The position numbers were made by a program, and so were the translations under genes. The notes under the pieces are model-generated. The model did no database searches and was not told the DNA's origin. It saw only the letters and a list, made by a program, of their open reading frames with translations. Of a stretch of DNA of 64,000 bases, positions 1 to 13,254 are shown piece by piece. Within the stretch, counting starts at the first letter, position 1; each line of letters opens with the position of its first letter. The stretch is from Haplodiscus bocki (lineage: Eukaryota), in assembly GCA_965655095.1 (NCBI GenBank), contig OZ296649.1:64294001-64358000 (forward strand). The letters run 5' to 3'.

Positions 1-2949
1 AAACGGTCAGAAACAGTCTGTTTTATCAGGTGCCTGTCCATTTTCTCGTTGTTTACTGTGCAAACTTCTTAAACTTTGGGCAGCAAAATGGCGTAACCTG
101 AACAGACAGGATTGAAATATCAAGTTTTGGACGTGTTACCCTGTGACTTTGTCGAACAAGCTCTTGATTGACAGCTGGTGTAGTATTTCTATAAGTGCCA
201 ATCACATCTGTGATGATGGTTCCAATTGTTTTTCGGGATCCTTGATCTCAACTGGCAAGTCAGAGTTCCACTCCAAAATACCCAGATTGAAGCAACCGTA
301 CCAATTAAATAATAAAAAGCGTCTCAACATTAAAACTACCCAAAGTACTTGAATGTAGCAATAACTTATTTGACATCGTAATTATGATGCTAAATATTAT
401 TGCTCCTTACAATAAAATTCAATACACCATGATACAATGCACTGCACAAAAATACTACGGCATCTATCATCTACTTTGCAAAAATTCACTTTTTTGGAAT
501 TTGAAGTTTTTTAAAACTCAAAATTATGCACAATTTATGGCAAAAACGAAAGAAGCAGATAATTGTAACTGAGACAATCACGGCTCAAATCCGCTCTCTT
601 CACAGGTCTGGTTCACAAAAATGGGTATTCTAAATGGGGTTATCACAATACTGTCTCAGTGCCGAAAACTTCGTTGGAGAATCTCAAATTTGTCTCAGTG
701 CCGAAAGTTTGTGGGAGTAGTCACAATTTCGCCTCACAGTGCCAAACTGTGGGGGGAATAAAAATTTTCTCACAGAATTTTTTTTTCGTTTTGTAAATGG
801 CAAAGTTTACATTTTTGTGCGGCCACGAACAAAAAATTAATAATTCCGAAATCTCAAAATCTACGATTTCCGAAATTTATTCTGTGTGAAACTTTTCGGA
901 CAAGAGTTACGGATTTTTGGAAATGCTAGTTTCCGTTTATTTTCTAACGGAAACAAGTTTAATTTTTTTTGACGCAGACAAAATCGTGATAACCACTCCC
1001 GTGGAAACCCAATTTTTTGAGCCTCGCGGCTGTTTTCCAAATCAAGGTAATTTTCTGTTAATATTTCAACTCTTAGTATTATAATCTGACACCACCAATT
1101 TTTTGAAACATCAGTAAACTCAAGTAATCAATAGCAAATTGAAATTTTTAGCGTTAAGACGCTGCTAATTTTTTAATTATATGGTTATTTCAATCTTGGG
1201 TATTTTAGGACTTTGGGTATTTTGTCCTGCCAACGCAAATTCGAATGTGTTGCGAAGTTCCGCTTCGCCTGTGGATTAATTTTTTTAAAGTCATTGATCG
1301 GTAGAGAACACATCTTTTTCAACATTTTGAAGAAATAACATCCAAGTTAAATAGCGTTTCAACAAGCAATACAACTCTGCAATTATCCAATCAGTTTGTG
1401 AAATTCTTAGTTATTTGAAATTTTCATGTGGAAAATTCTTAATTTAGATACTCTGACCAACGAAGAGCGCAGTGAGTATTGTGACCTAAATATGTCAATG
1501 GTTGAACCAAATTGTCGGTAGAATTAATGTTGAACGAAATCATTCGTTGTATCTCATTTGACCCCGTTTTGTCTGAGCTCCAATTTAGTCCATGGTTAGT
1601 AAGTGTTCATCTTATTTTAGAGCTTCAAACAAATGTATTTTCGGACTGTTATTGATGATGATGTGGATTGAGCCTGGTGTGATACACACAATTGAGGAGA
1701 CAAAATGCTACTGATGGAACTGAATCTTTTTTTTGTACCAAATAAACTCTAAAATTTCTAGTTTTTCTTTCAGCAAGTGTTACCAAAGTAGCTTGCAAGC
1801 AAAATTAAGTTTCTAGTGTAGATGTCAATTTGCTAGGGGAGGGGAGCACTAGATGAACTTTCAAATATCTACTTGAATGAGCTACATTATGTGCTACCAC
1901 TCTAGCTACCACTATAATTCGGAAAAAAACAGGCGTCAGTTTTGACTCTATTTTCGATTAGGATTTTAAAATTATCGGAGCTAGCTCCCTCAACAATGCC
2001 CTTCAGACTCTTGAAGGTCTGTATATAGGTGTCAACTACTCGCAAGGAGCGTCATCAGCGAACTGGGATTGATTCTGGATCCTCGTTCAAGAAACCCTGA
2101 AAAGACTAAAGCCCATCATTGAGCATCTGGAACAGGAAATCATGATAAGCATCTCGAATGACTTGATAAATAATTCAATCACGAAACATCCACAGGATCC
2201 TTGAGTTCTCGCAAATACCGAAAGAGCTGACGACGATCCGATCCATCATGTCCCAAATTGTTGGAATCGTTTACTGCCAACGAGACTGAGCAGAAAACAT
2301 GTTACTTGACCTGAGGACACTACCAATCCCAGTGGTGGCGGTTGTGAAGGATCTCAAAAAGAAAGACACAGCCCATACCGGAGTATATCTATGAATCCTT
2401 TATGAACCTAGCCTCGAACTTCACAGTCTAGAAGTTATTTTGAAAAGGAGCAATGTTTTTTTCCAATCTTCTAAGGAATCAACGAGAATTCAACATGAAA
2501 TAAAAAACGCCAAAAAAACGAACTCAAATCTCACTAGGTCAATAATTTTTTTAAAATTTCTTTTAAGCATACTATGTTTCTTTATCCAGAGTCTGATTTA
2601 TATCATCTCACCTCAGATCTAATTGATGAGCGAGTATACTGGGCTTTTCTTGTACAACTTTTAAGCAGTAATCAGTTTTTGTTCAATCCCGCTTCTCTGC
2701 CGTCCTACATCCAATCTCATTCAAAAATGACCAAAAACTGGGCAAATCATCAAAAGAGTATTTCTTTAAACGAAAAGAGGTACATCTGCGTAACTTGAAA
2801 CAAGCTTTTGTACTTCGATCCGGCGTGCACGGGCTGTCACAAGTGACCGTGAACGGAAAAAATCTCGGGACCCCAGCCTTGCTCCTTTGCCAGACTGTAT
2901 CGACAATAACGAGACATTCATACGATGTACAACACGTGAAAATGTGAAT

Positions 2950-4050
2950 GGAAAACTTGACGATCTCTTTCAGGAAATAGAGGAATGACTATCGAGCTGA
3001 AAATTGTAGACGACGCTACAAAGACTACATGTGACAAAATGGGAGAAAGCAACGCTAAAGTTGCTGTCGTGAGGCCACAAAGTATTGACAAAGGCTCTCA
3101 AAGAGCAATGAAAGTACCAAACCCAGCAATTATCAAAATATCTCTGCAAACATCTGGATGCAGGGGTTCAGAGAATGTTAAATCCGAGAATTTTGTCCCT
3201 AAATCTGAAGTGCGTAGTGTGGTCGATGAAAGACGTGTGAAAGGACAAATTACTGAGCTCCGAAGGCTTAGAATGTTCGGCAGAAAACTAAACCTCGAAT
3301 AATATTGGTAACCGTCCCAATTTAGCATGATTCCAGAGATCAGCCCTTGCCGGGGCAGTTGAAAAACGAAAAGTATTGTTTTAAACAACTCTGTGAATTC
3401 TGCGCGCGTTTCAAAAGAGGACATTTTTAATGACAGTCTCTAGAAAGCAAGGAGGTATCTGCTGAACCAGGAGGTACCTATAAAAGAGCTCAAAATCAAA
3501 ATTGAGCTGTTCAGTCATGGTAAAAAAGCTCAAACCGGAGCTGAAGCCCCTAGTCAAAGTTATACATAGAACGAAGAACGAAACTAGCAAATGCTGTCGA
3601 AGAAATCGACTACAATATAATTTTTCTGTATGAAACTTGGCTAATTGACAATATTGAGTCGTCCGAACTTCCGCTCGGCAAGTACAACCTATAGAGAGCC
3701 GACCAAAATTCTGAGAAAGGTACTAATAAACGCGAGACGTTTTGTGGCTGTTAAAAACAGCAGGGTGTCTGAAAAAAATCGACTTAAACTCTATTGTTCT
3801 GTGACATCGAAAGTTGAATTTAACAGCCGGCAAGCGATGTTTGTGCCTTCTAGAAACCACCAAAAGGGAAAGCGCAGATACCAAACTGATGACTACAAAC
3901 AAATGTTATCAGTATTGTCCAAAAATAAGGCAACCCCGATGTGTTGGGATCTCAATTTCTGCCTCACAAACTGGGAAAGCTTCACTGGTGAAGACGAAGA
4001 CGAGGAAGTCAATCCGAACAGCAGCAGATTTCAAAACTAGATAGTCGAAT
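2950..4050 (+). pseudogene. Degenerate LTR-retrotransposon (Ty3/Gypsy-like) gag/aspartic protease remnant
   Basis: VLINARRFVAVKNSRVS (ORF 3645..4040) resembles the degenerate protease start (INGxxxxALxDSGAS). DVLGSQFL (~3938-3961) resembles the protease C-terminal ILGxDFL motif. Many stops and frameshifts. Confidence 0.35.
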
Positions 4051-4062
4051 ACACTGGATGTA

Positions 4063-4831
4063 CAGTAGTGATTTTAATTAATGCGACTCAGCGATTTTGA
4101 TACGCTTTACAAAATCCTAAGTGAGGAAATGAATAATGATAGATCAGAGTAAACAAAGGTACTCTGAGAAAGCTCATTAACAGAGCTACGATATGGTTTT
4201 TTTTATTTGCCAAAAGAAGTACTTCAAAGAGGTAGAAAATTGCGTCCCAAAATTGAGTAGGTAAACCATTCAAGCATTGCGAATATTGACTAATTTGGGC
4301 AGTTTTCGTAAAAAATCTTGACAGTGACGCAAAATAGCAAGAAACAAATTACATAATTTGTTAGTTTTGGTTATTCCCCCTAGCTTTTATATTTGACACT
4401 TTTTTCATAACTTTGAATTTTCAGAAGAAATTGCAAAAAGTAAGTATAATTTTAGCATCCTATTTTAATACATTGATTTTCAAATTTAGATTCAAGATGA
4501 ATTTTGGAATAGTCTTCGAAAACTTTTCCACCGACAGATATATCAGTTGTCGCAGAAACATCAGAGGCATCTACTGATGGAATAAAATTCCAGATTTAAC
4601 TTTTTAAAGTTACGAAATTCTCAAAAGAATGGAAAGTTTGGCAAAAAACGCATTTTCTAGTTTTTGCTCTATTCGTTAGAAATTTTTCAAACAAACACCA
4701 TTATAATCTCCTAAAAATTCTAAGAATACTTTGGTTCTGGTACTTTTGTCCCAAACGATTATTCCCGGAGTTATTCATGCTTAAAGTTGACTTATGCATT
4801 AAAGTTGTCGCATTAATTAAAATCACTACTG
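4063..4831 (+). mobile_element. Tc1/mariner-pogo-type MITE, copy 1 (769 bp)
   Basis: TIR CAGTAGTGATTTTAATTAATGCGAC at both ends, flanked by TA (4061-4062, 4832-4833). No ORF. Confidence 0.9.
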
Positions 4832-5258
4832 TACTTTATGTGATAAAACGGTGTGTTAACAAGCAATCGTATTTACATACACAGCACTAAAGACTTGACC
4901 ACTTGAAGTTGTTTTATCGAACGCTTTGTGTCAAACCGTATGTGATTAAATGATCAGTGTAACCGTCATATTAAGGTTGATTCTTAGCCTTGGCGGATAG
5001 GAACTTCCCGCTAAGGTCCTTTAGAATTTTGTACAGGCATTCCTGCACCTGTGGAGGTGTCACAGCAGAGTGGCCAAAAGCAGACGTTCCTGTAAAGGAA
5101 TTTCCACATCACTACAAGAAATCACCTTTTATATGCCTTTGCGCTTCAAGAAATTTATTTCCGAGGCAATTCTGTTGGCTAAATTCTTTCGACTCGACAA
5201 GGATTTGAGAGAATTCATAATCGAATGTGACGTTGAGTGAGCGATTGTTCATCAACTA

Positions 5259-6126
5259 CAGTAGTGATTTTAATTAATGCGACAACTTTAATGCATAAGT
5301 GAACTTTAAGCACGATTAACTTCGGATCTTGATCATTTTGGACAAAAGTACCAGAAGCAAAATATTCTTGGAATTTTCAGGAGATTATAATGGTGTTTGT
5401 TTGAAAAATTTCCAACGAATAGAGCAAAAACTAGAAAATGCGTTTTTGGCCAAATTTTCCATTCTTTTGAGAATTTCGTAACTTCAAAAAGTTAAATCTG
5501 GAACTTTATTCCATCAGTAGATGCCTCTGATGTTTCTGCAACAGCTGATATCATCTGTCGGCGGAAAATTTTTCAAAAACTACTTGAAAACTTATCTTGA
5601 ATCTATTAAATTTGAAAACCAATGTATTAAAATAGGATGTTAAATTTATACTTTTACTTTTTGCAATTTCTTCGGAAAATTCAAAGTTGTGAAAAAAGTG
5701 TTAAAGATAAAAGCTCTGGGGAATAACCAAAACTAACAAGTTATGTAATTTGTTTTTTGCTATTTTGCGTCATTGCCAAGATTTTTTACAGCAACTGCCA
5801 AAATTAGTCAATATTCGCAATGCTTGAATGGTTTACCTACTCAACTTTGGTACGCTATTTTCTACCTCTTTGAAGTAGATGAAGCTATTGATGGAACCCC
5901 TCGGAAAAGGTTAGCTTTATTCAATTAATCATATCTTAATTATTTAGCGTTTAAGCGTTATGCGTAACGCGATACTTGTTTGCCAAATAGAATAGCCATG
6001 TGGTAGCCCTTTTAATGAGCTTTCTCAGAGTACCTTTGTTTACTCTGATCTATTATTTACTTCTCCGCTTGGAATTTTGTAAAGCGTGTCAAAATTGTTG
6101 AGTCGCAATAATTAAAATCACTACTG
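5259..6126 (-). mobile_element. Same MITE family, copy 2 (868 bp), inverted relative to copy 1
   Basis: Same TIR and TA flanks (5257-5258, 6127-6128). The interior is the reverse complement of copy 1 plus ~100 bp extra near 5880-5975. Confidence 0.9.
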
Positions 6127-6199
6127 TACAATTATTTTACATTAGTTTTATTCCATGTAACCTTCTATACACACACTTTGTCAAACATTCTCTTTAAGA

Positions 6200-7375
6200 T
6201 AAAACATGGCCATCAACTATCGAAAAAAGTCTGCTAATTTCACAAACCCACAGGAAGTGTTCATCCTGCAGGAATTTGACAAATGCGGGAAACAAGAAGA
6301 GATTGCATCATGATGCAACGTGGATCGATCTCTTCTGTCACGGCGGAAGAAAAACCATAATTTCTACAATTTGCTGAGAATAGCGCCAATACGTCTAGAA
6401 ACAGACAACGCAAAAGCAATTGTAAAAAGCTGAACGACCCTGTTTTTGTGGTTCAGAGATCAGCGTGCCAGGACTATTCCATTAAATGGGCCTTTATTGT
6501 TAGATACGGCGGTTTATCTGGCCGAAAAGCTCGGAATTGAGAAACTTGCCACCGCCTCGTAGATACAGAATTGCAAAGAAAGAACCTCGGATTTCTTTCA
6601 GAATTAGCGGTGAACGTTCATCTGCTGACGTAGAAAGTAAACAAAATTGGATCAAAAACGTTTTACGCACAAAAATCATCACTTGAAAAGTATGAATGAC
6701 TGGTGGCTTGTAGAAGAAAAAAATTGGCGTCCTTTGACTTAGAAATATGCTGTCAAAAGAAGAAACTGCTTCTTTTATGTGATAACCCTAGTCGAACAAA
6801 AATATATTTCTTGCAAGAATCTTGCAAGATTCGTCTAAAAACATATTTTTGCAAGATTATGCAATCCTTGTAAGATTCTTGCTAGTCGATACATTTCTTG
6901 TAAGGTTCTTCCAGCCAACATATTTCTTTAAAATTCTTTCAGAGAATGCATTTCTTGTACGATACATTCAAGAATCTTGCAAGATGTCTATTATTTGCAA
7001 GAATCTTGCAAGAAATGCATTTTTCGTCACCTAGGGAATGCAAGTTGTCGCAATTCAGAAGATGTCAGTTTGAAAAACATGGAGGATTGTCATTTTCTAC
7101 CTAATGTCACGTCATTGATTCACCCTTTGAGATGAGAAGTCATTTGCAGTTTGAACATACATTAACGAGAACAGATGCTCCAACAAATACTTCAGTGGTT
7201 GTTTATACAGGTGATATTGATGCATTCAGTGATTTGTTCTGAGAGTATATCTTTGAAATTAATTGCATGAAAACTTTGTTTTTTGTATATCCCGAAAGAT
7301 TTCATTTAATAACATATATCGTATAATAACAAAATTTTCCGAATTTATCGATGAGCCATTAAACGGTTTCTACTG
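6200..7375 (+). pseudogene. pogo/Tigger (CENP-B-like) transposase remnant
   Basis: HTH motif LFLWFRDQRARTIPLNGPLLLDTAVYLAEKLG (~6440-6540). DDE_1 segment KLLLLCDNASCR...FLPNVTSLIHPL is restored once the 6786-7036 insert is removed. The element ends ...TTTCTACTG/TA at 7375. Confidence 0.75.
6786..7036. mobile_element. CCCTAG...CTAGGG MITE (CMC/EnSpm-like) inserted in the pogo transposase
   Basis: CCCTAG terminal inverted repeat, 2-bp AA duplication splitting the GAT-AAT (D-N) codons, and internal TCTTGCAAGA palindromic subrepeats. A related fragment lies near 62833-62970. Confidence 0.75.
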
Positions 7376-8039
7376 TATATAAATGACGAAACTTGAAAAC
7401 GAGAGGGAAAAGTTCTGGTGTCACCGGTCGTTTTTTATTGATCTGCCAGATGTCGGTGCCGATCGGATAAAATGATATCGGTAAGAGACAACATCCTTTT
7501 TGATCAGCGCTTCTAACATAAAAGTGCCCGATTATAACTGACTTCTTTTGGTAAGACTAGTCCAATTTTCTTGCAAAATGGGCAAAAATTGTTCAGAAGG
7601 CGTCAAGAAAAAGGCAAAAAGCTGGAAGGGCTTGAAGAAGGTTTATATTGTATTATTTCGACTTCTCACAAAAAAGTTTCGTGATACAGTGACCAAAATG
7701 TATTGCCTTGCAGTTACCAAAATTTTTTTGATAAAGCTTCTACCAACATTTTTTATTGAACCTCTTCGACTACACCAAAAATTTTGGAAAACCTGCACAT
7801 GCTTGGAACATTTACAAAACCCCTTCAAGAAATTTGACTATTGATTACATATACAGAGTACAGATTATTTTGAAAAAGCAAATACGAAAAAAAATCAGAA
7901 GACTCATTTATATATATCGAGTCTTGCGACTTGAGCCTTCCTGGCTTGTTTCCAGAATAGTTCGTCTGTCTAAACTCATTTTCCAATTCAAAAGCATGAG
8001 ATTTCTACTTTATATAGTTTATGCTTTTTAAATCTTGCT

Positions 8040-8600
8040 TTGAACAGAATGGGATGGGAGCGAACAGCACCTGCGCTTGAATTTCAACTTGTACCTATCT
8101 GCGATGTTCATGTGTATAGCCAACAAAGATGCACGTCAAATCAGTTGTTTCTACGGCCCTTATTGTCGGGCGTTTGAGAGAACAGAAGCTTTCAAACATT
8201 GGCTTCACTTTTTGCTCAAATCCAGTAAATGGGCTGCAGAATTCGACATGAATGCCATGCTGCATCCGGGCAATGCAATGAGTGCCACTTCTTCCTTGAC
8301 AGGAGCTCTCAACATGAAGTTGGAAGACGTCTCTCTCAGATGGAGCCATGCCAGTTCTGTCTCAGAAAGGTACCGAAAGTATAACGAGACTAAAAAGGCC
8401 GTTGCAACTGCTGCTAGATCTGCTTTCGATAATTTCCGAAGTAAAGGTTGGTTGAATGAAACTCAAACTATTCTTTTTAAACAGGAACTTCAATGGAATA
8501 TGATTGTTACCATACATAGAGTTGTCTTCCGAAAAAACTTGCGATAACCAAAAATTGCTTTCTGTTTTTTTAAGCTGCGAGGTCACTTCCTGTCCTTTCC
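8040..8600 (-). pseudogene. Possible hAT transposase C-terminal remnant
   Basis: Minus-strand fragments ESFCSLKR and LLAIHMNI, in different frames, resemble the hAT dimerisation motifs ERSFSxLKR and LAxLxIH. Confidence 0.3.
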
Positions 8601-9645
8601 TTCGGTACGAATTTTACAAAAAAATTGACCTGACTAAAAAGCTAATTGCAAAGTTCGTAAATTTTGTCTCCTAATTGTTGGATTTTTGTGAAAACGCCCC
8701 ATTTTCAAATTGTACAAAGCTGCTCAACTAATTATATCATTCCAATACCTAGTCTTTGGGTTGAATGTTTCTAGTATAGGAAGTCAGTATTTATACTGTG
8801 GGTCCAGTTTTCAAACTGCAATGTGCTTTCAGGTGCCAAAATATCCAGAAATGTGAATTGGTAATTTGGCTTCTTGACATCACGTTCAGCTTCTGATTGG
8901 AATGAAGATGAGAAAAAAAGAGTACCCAGCAATGCTGAAAATTGTGGGGAACTAACCACTTGCGTCAATCATCACGATGATAAAGGACTTGCTGTATTGT
9001 TATTATTCTTAACAATTAAACTATCTCGTGCTTCAAAACTGTGCATATATTCTTCTAGTCTAGTGTATTTTTCAATGTTGTATGCTGGAGCTGCATACCG
9101 TCTATTATTTTCTAAATCCAGATGAATTCTAATTAGAAGTCTATTCAAGTTGAAATAAATTATGAGCTCCTTAAATTTCATTCAATTGGAGTTTGGAGGC
9201 CGCATACCTGTGATACCTCGGGTAGGGATGTCAAGTCTCAAGATATGAAAACTGTCAAATTGAGTTATTACACGTCGGCGTTGCTTTTAAAACTATACAT
9301 TTTCATAGACCTAACATCAATGCTTTTGACAGTTCTTGAATATAAGGTATGGTCACAGGAGTGTTGCACAACAATTTGAAAGTGTAGTTTTCCAATTTTT
9401 TTTAGTGGAAATGTTTGAGGGAAGCTGGAATTAGGACCCTCAAACTCTTCTACTGTCAATTTTGCATTTTACTTCATCCAGTCATTCTGTACACTGAGGT
9501 TAATTAATCTTTTTCCTAACCATTGACAGTTTTGATTGAAAAAAATTTTTGATGAAGAAAGCTTTGAGATTTATCACAAGAAAAGCGCCAAACTAAATAT
9601 TTTGTATTTTTTCTGATGAACTGCGCTATTGGATTTAGCTACTTG

Positions 9646-10075
9646 GATTTAGCAATTTATTGGAAACAGTGCATCAGCAGATGAACTAGTTCAAACGAAG
9701 ATGAAACAAGACGGCCGCCTACATCACCGGTACATTTTCCGCTTCCCCATTTTTTTTGAAGAAGGCTTATAAAAAGATGAAAACGTTTCTTTTTTCGAAA
9801 AGTAACTTCATATTTTTAATTTTTGCAACTTTGAAAACTTTGTTTTTTTGCCACGAAAACCTCATATTTAGGACGGAAAAAACATTTGAGAGAAAAATTA
9901 CCATTCGATACGCATTCTGCAGCAAATTTGCCACGCTCAGCGATTTTGAAATAAGTCGCTAATTTTTTTCAAAAACCTAAATTCTGACCGTTTTGGGAAA
10001 AATTATTTCAGTCGCATTTTAGGACAAATGTGTTTCAATTTGGTGAAAAACGTGAACGCAATTGGCAAACATCAA
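9646..10075 (+). repeat. Left arm of a ~430-bp inverted duplication
   Basis: Reverse complement of ~11330-11755, e.g. TGCATCAGCAGATGAAC and AACGTGAACGCAATTGGCAAA. Confidence 0.85.
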
Positions 10076-11329
10076 GTAATCAAATTTTCGAGTTGAGTGG
10101 ATGATTTTTATCCCATATTACACATCTGAAAATATTAGGTTTATTGAACAAGAATACGATACTTTGCTGAAAGGTAATTCACGGATTAAAACATAAAAGC
10201 GCATCGGCTAACAACGGAAAGCAGCTCGGATCAACGGAAGCTCCGAAAGAGAAAAATACACATTGGTTTTATTATGGATGAGAAAACTTTGGTTGATAGT
10301 TGGTCAGCACAGAAGTTTGTGTATTAGTGTGAATAACTGCGTCCATATGTTGAGCTATTTCTTCATTTCTGATAATCAAAACTGTCAATACTTCTGGTGA
10401 AAACAGATGACGAATGTTTCTATACTGTAAAAATAGCAGAGGTGAAGTATTGCTTCGCAACACTTGCGCCAACAGAATAGTTGTGAACAAATGAAACTAG
10501 TTTTTGAGGGCCACGGTACTACAAAAATTGCTGATTGAACAATCGAAGATGAAAATAATTCCATTAGTCGATTGTGAAAAATTTATATACAAGTGTAACA
10601 AGCAAGAGCTACATCGGTTAACTCGCCTTATGATTAAAACAAGCGCTTACGCTGGAAAATTGGTCGCGTGAACAACTCTGCAAATGAGCGAGAACGCATG
10701 AACAAATGTGTGCAAGAAAAGGAGAGCACAAAAACAACGTAGGCAACCATTCAGCAAAATCTATGAACCATTAGAATGTAGGTACAAATGCGGGTTGTGA
10801 ACGAATAGGAAAGAAGTCCGCAGAATCTTGTGATATAACACTTCCTTGCGCAGGGGTAAACACAATGCATAGAAGACAGGGACCCTCGACAGGCTATCAA
10901 ACCTTTTGGTGACCTCACAAATTGAAATAGGTTGTAAAGCATGAGAATCAAGGATGCTAGAGATTTAGCGCCACAAAATTTGACAAGAAAAAGAAATTGC
11001 CACAGCGATTAGCGAAGAAAAACATGAATTGGCCGAATTCAGTTAGAATTCCTATTGCGTCGAGCAGGGTTGGTGTTCGCTTTAGCTTGAGGAAGTAAAA
11101 GAGTGTATAGAAAGGACAATAAGGATTTTGCTTCACTATTACTAAACCTGCCTTATTCAATCGAACAATCACGGCGCGTTTGCGAAGCAAAACATCTATA
11201 GACATTAGGCTTCAATTAATTCCCAAATAATACTCTCGAGAAAAATTGTTTTTGTTTCAACTTGAACCTAATATTGTTTCAAATGAGCATTTCCTACATG
11301 TTTTTCACTTCTGTTCACGAGGGTCTACC

Positions 11330-11755
11330 CGATATTTGCCAATTGCGTTCACGTTTTTCACCAAATTGAAACACATTTGCCCTAAAATGCGACTGAAGTA
11401 ATTATTTCCCAAAACTGTCAGAATTTAGGTTTTTGAAATGAACGACTTATTTCAAAATCGCTGAGCGTGGTAAATTTGCTGCAGAATGCGTATCGAATGG
11501 TATTTTTTCTCTCCAATGTTTTTTTCCGTCCTAAATATGAAGTTTTCGTGGCAAAAAAAGTTTTCAAAACTGCAAAAATTAAAATAAATATGAAGTTACT
11601 TTTGGAAAAAAAACGTTTTCATCTTTTTATAAGCTTTTTTCACAAAAATAGGGAAACGGAAATTGTACCGGTGGTAGGTGGCAGTCTTGTTTCATTTTCG
11701 TTTGAACCAGTTCATCTGCTGATGCACTGATGTTTCCAAAAGTTAGCTAAATCAA
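11330..11755 (-). repeat. Right arm of a ~430-bp inverted duplication
   Basis: Reverse complement of ~9646-10075 with scattered substitutions. Confidence 0.85.
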
Positions 11756-13250
11756 AGAAACTAGCTAGCTAATTAGCATATTTTGATGTCCTTTCTGTTG
11801 CTTGACACTTTCATTTTTTTCAGTCCTCATACTATTAGCTGAGTTCCTAATCTGATATATAAACAGTCCCGTCTGTTCCCGCGCCATACTTGTATATTGG
11901 TTGTACATATGTTTTTGATGAATGCATTTTCTGGATTGATACACCAAAATCATTTTTTGATAAAAATGGTGAGCGAGCGTATTTGACTGGAAAGTTTGAT
12001 GACTTTCGTCAATTGGTACACCAAGGTATGTAACTATCAACTGCGCTTCTGTCTTCGGAAAGCGGTCATTTTCTGCAGCGTAAAGTGGAATAGAATAGTA
12101 TTCCTTTTCTGGTTATTCAGACTGAGTTTGTTTTTGTAAAATTTCTATTATTCCGTTATCAGGCTATTTATTGTAGTATCATCTGCCAAAAGAGTTCATA
12201 CTTGACGTCGAACAAGCTTGGGGTAAGTAAATCTTTGATGTAAATGAAGAACAGTGCTGCGTCCAGAACTGATCTGTGAGAGCACCTGCTTTGTCTAAAT
12301 TTCCAACAGATTGGTGATTGTTAAAATTCACAAATTGGCCACGGCTATTCAAACAACGACTTTATCGATGAAGTTTTTTCCATCAATCTCCGAACTTACC
12401 TACCTATCAAAATTTAAGGTTTGTGTGTCAAATATTTTGGAGATATCCACAAGTCCTGCTCCTTGAGGAGTCTTCAGTGTTCCATTGTGACGAAATATTT
12501 AGTTCAGGATATCGCAAGTCGCAGGAATATTACCTGTTTTGCTCCTAAAACCAGCTGTCTGTTGTTGATTACTTTGCCATTCGCTTCAAAAACTTTTTGT
12601 TTTTTGTAAAAATTTTTGAAAGTGTTGGTATTATTAAAATGGAGCTGCTACACTAGGGTATTGTTCTTCTCCACTTTCTAGATTTGGGGGATCTTGCTGA
12701 CTTTGAGTTCTCGTGTTTAGCATTCTATTCTGATTTTTTGGTTGACGTAAGGCATAGAAAGTGATACGAAAGTTAAATTTTTGAAAAGATACTTAGAAAT
12801 GCCAATAACGTCTTTATTTTCTGTTTTTCTTGTTTCTTTCGTTGATTTCAATCGTCGTTCCAAAAAAAATTTGAATTGTTGTAGACGTTTTTTTGTCAGA
12901 TTTTTAATGTTTTTTTTATGTTTTTTGTCAAATGTCGAGCTTCGTTGATGAATTGTTTTTTCAAACTTCTTGGTGGTAATTGAAAATCGCTTCCCGTTTC
13001 CCTCGATTACTGAATTATTTCACTGGTCATCTATATCAGGTTCCAAGAAGCTTTTCTATCAGAAGTGAGCCAAGTGTCGATTCGTTCGCAATTGTTTTAT
13101 TTGATCTTGTTCCTCATAATTTTTCCGATTTCCTGGTTTTGTTTTTAGTGCTCACCCGAAACTTCCTCAGCTCTCTCATCCATAGTTTTCAGTTAGACTT
13201 TTTCTTCAAGGAGCTTTTTTAAATTCTTCAATCCAGACTTTGTGATTGCT
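11700..13250 (-). mobile_element. Degenerate CR1/L2-type LINE ORF2 (RT) fragment
   Basis: Minus-strand motifs GLVDISKIFDT (~12430-12460), RGQFVNFNNHQS, SVLDAALFFIYIKDL, LLADDTTI (~12170-12195) and YVQPIYKYG (~11885-11910). The 12870-13250 part recurs at ~45780-46150. Confidence 0.7.
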
Positions 13251-13254
13251 CCTG

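Noticed and set aside
1-2900. Host gene in the first 2.9 kb
   Set aside because: Only short stop-interrupted frames and a small TCTCAGTGCCGAAA tandem repeat (~650-760); no supportable product.
7380-7520. NACHT-like FPLVFKFRHL on the minus strand
   Set aside because: It runs across the pogo terminus and has no supporting Walker motifs.
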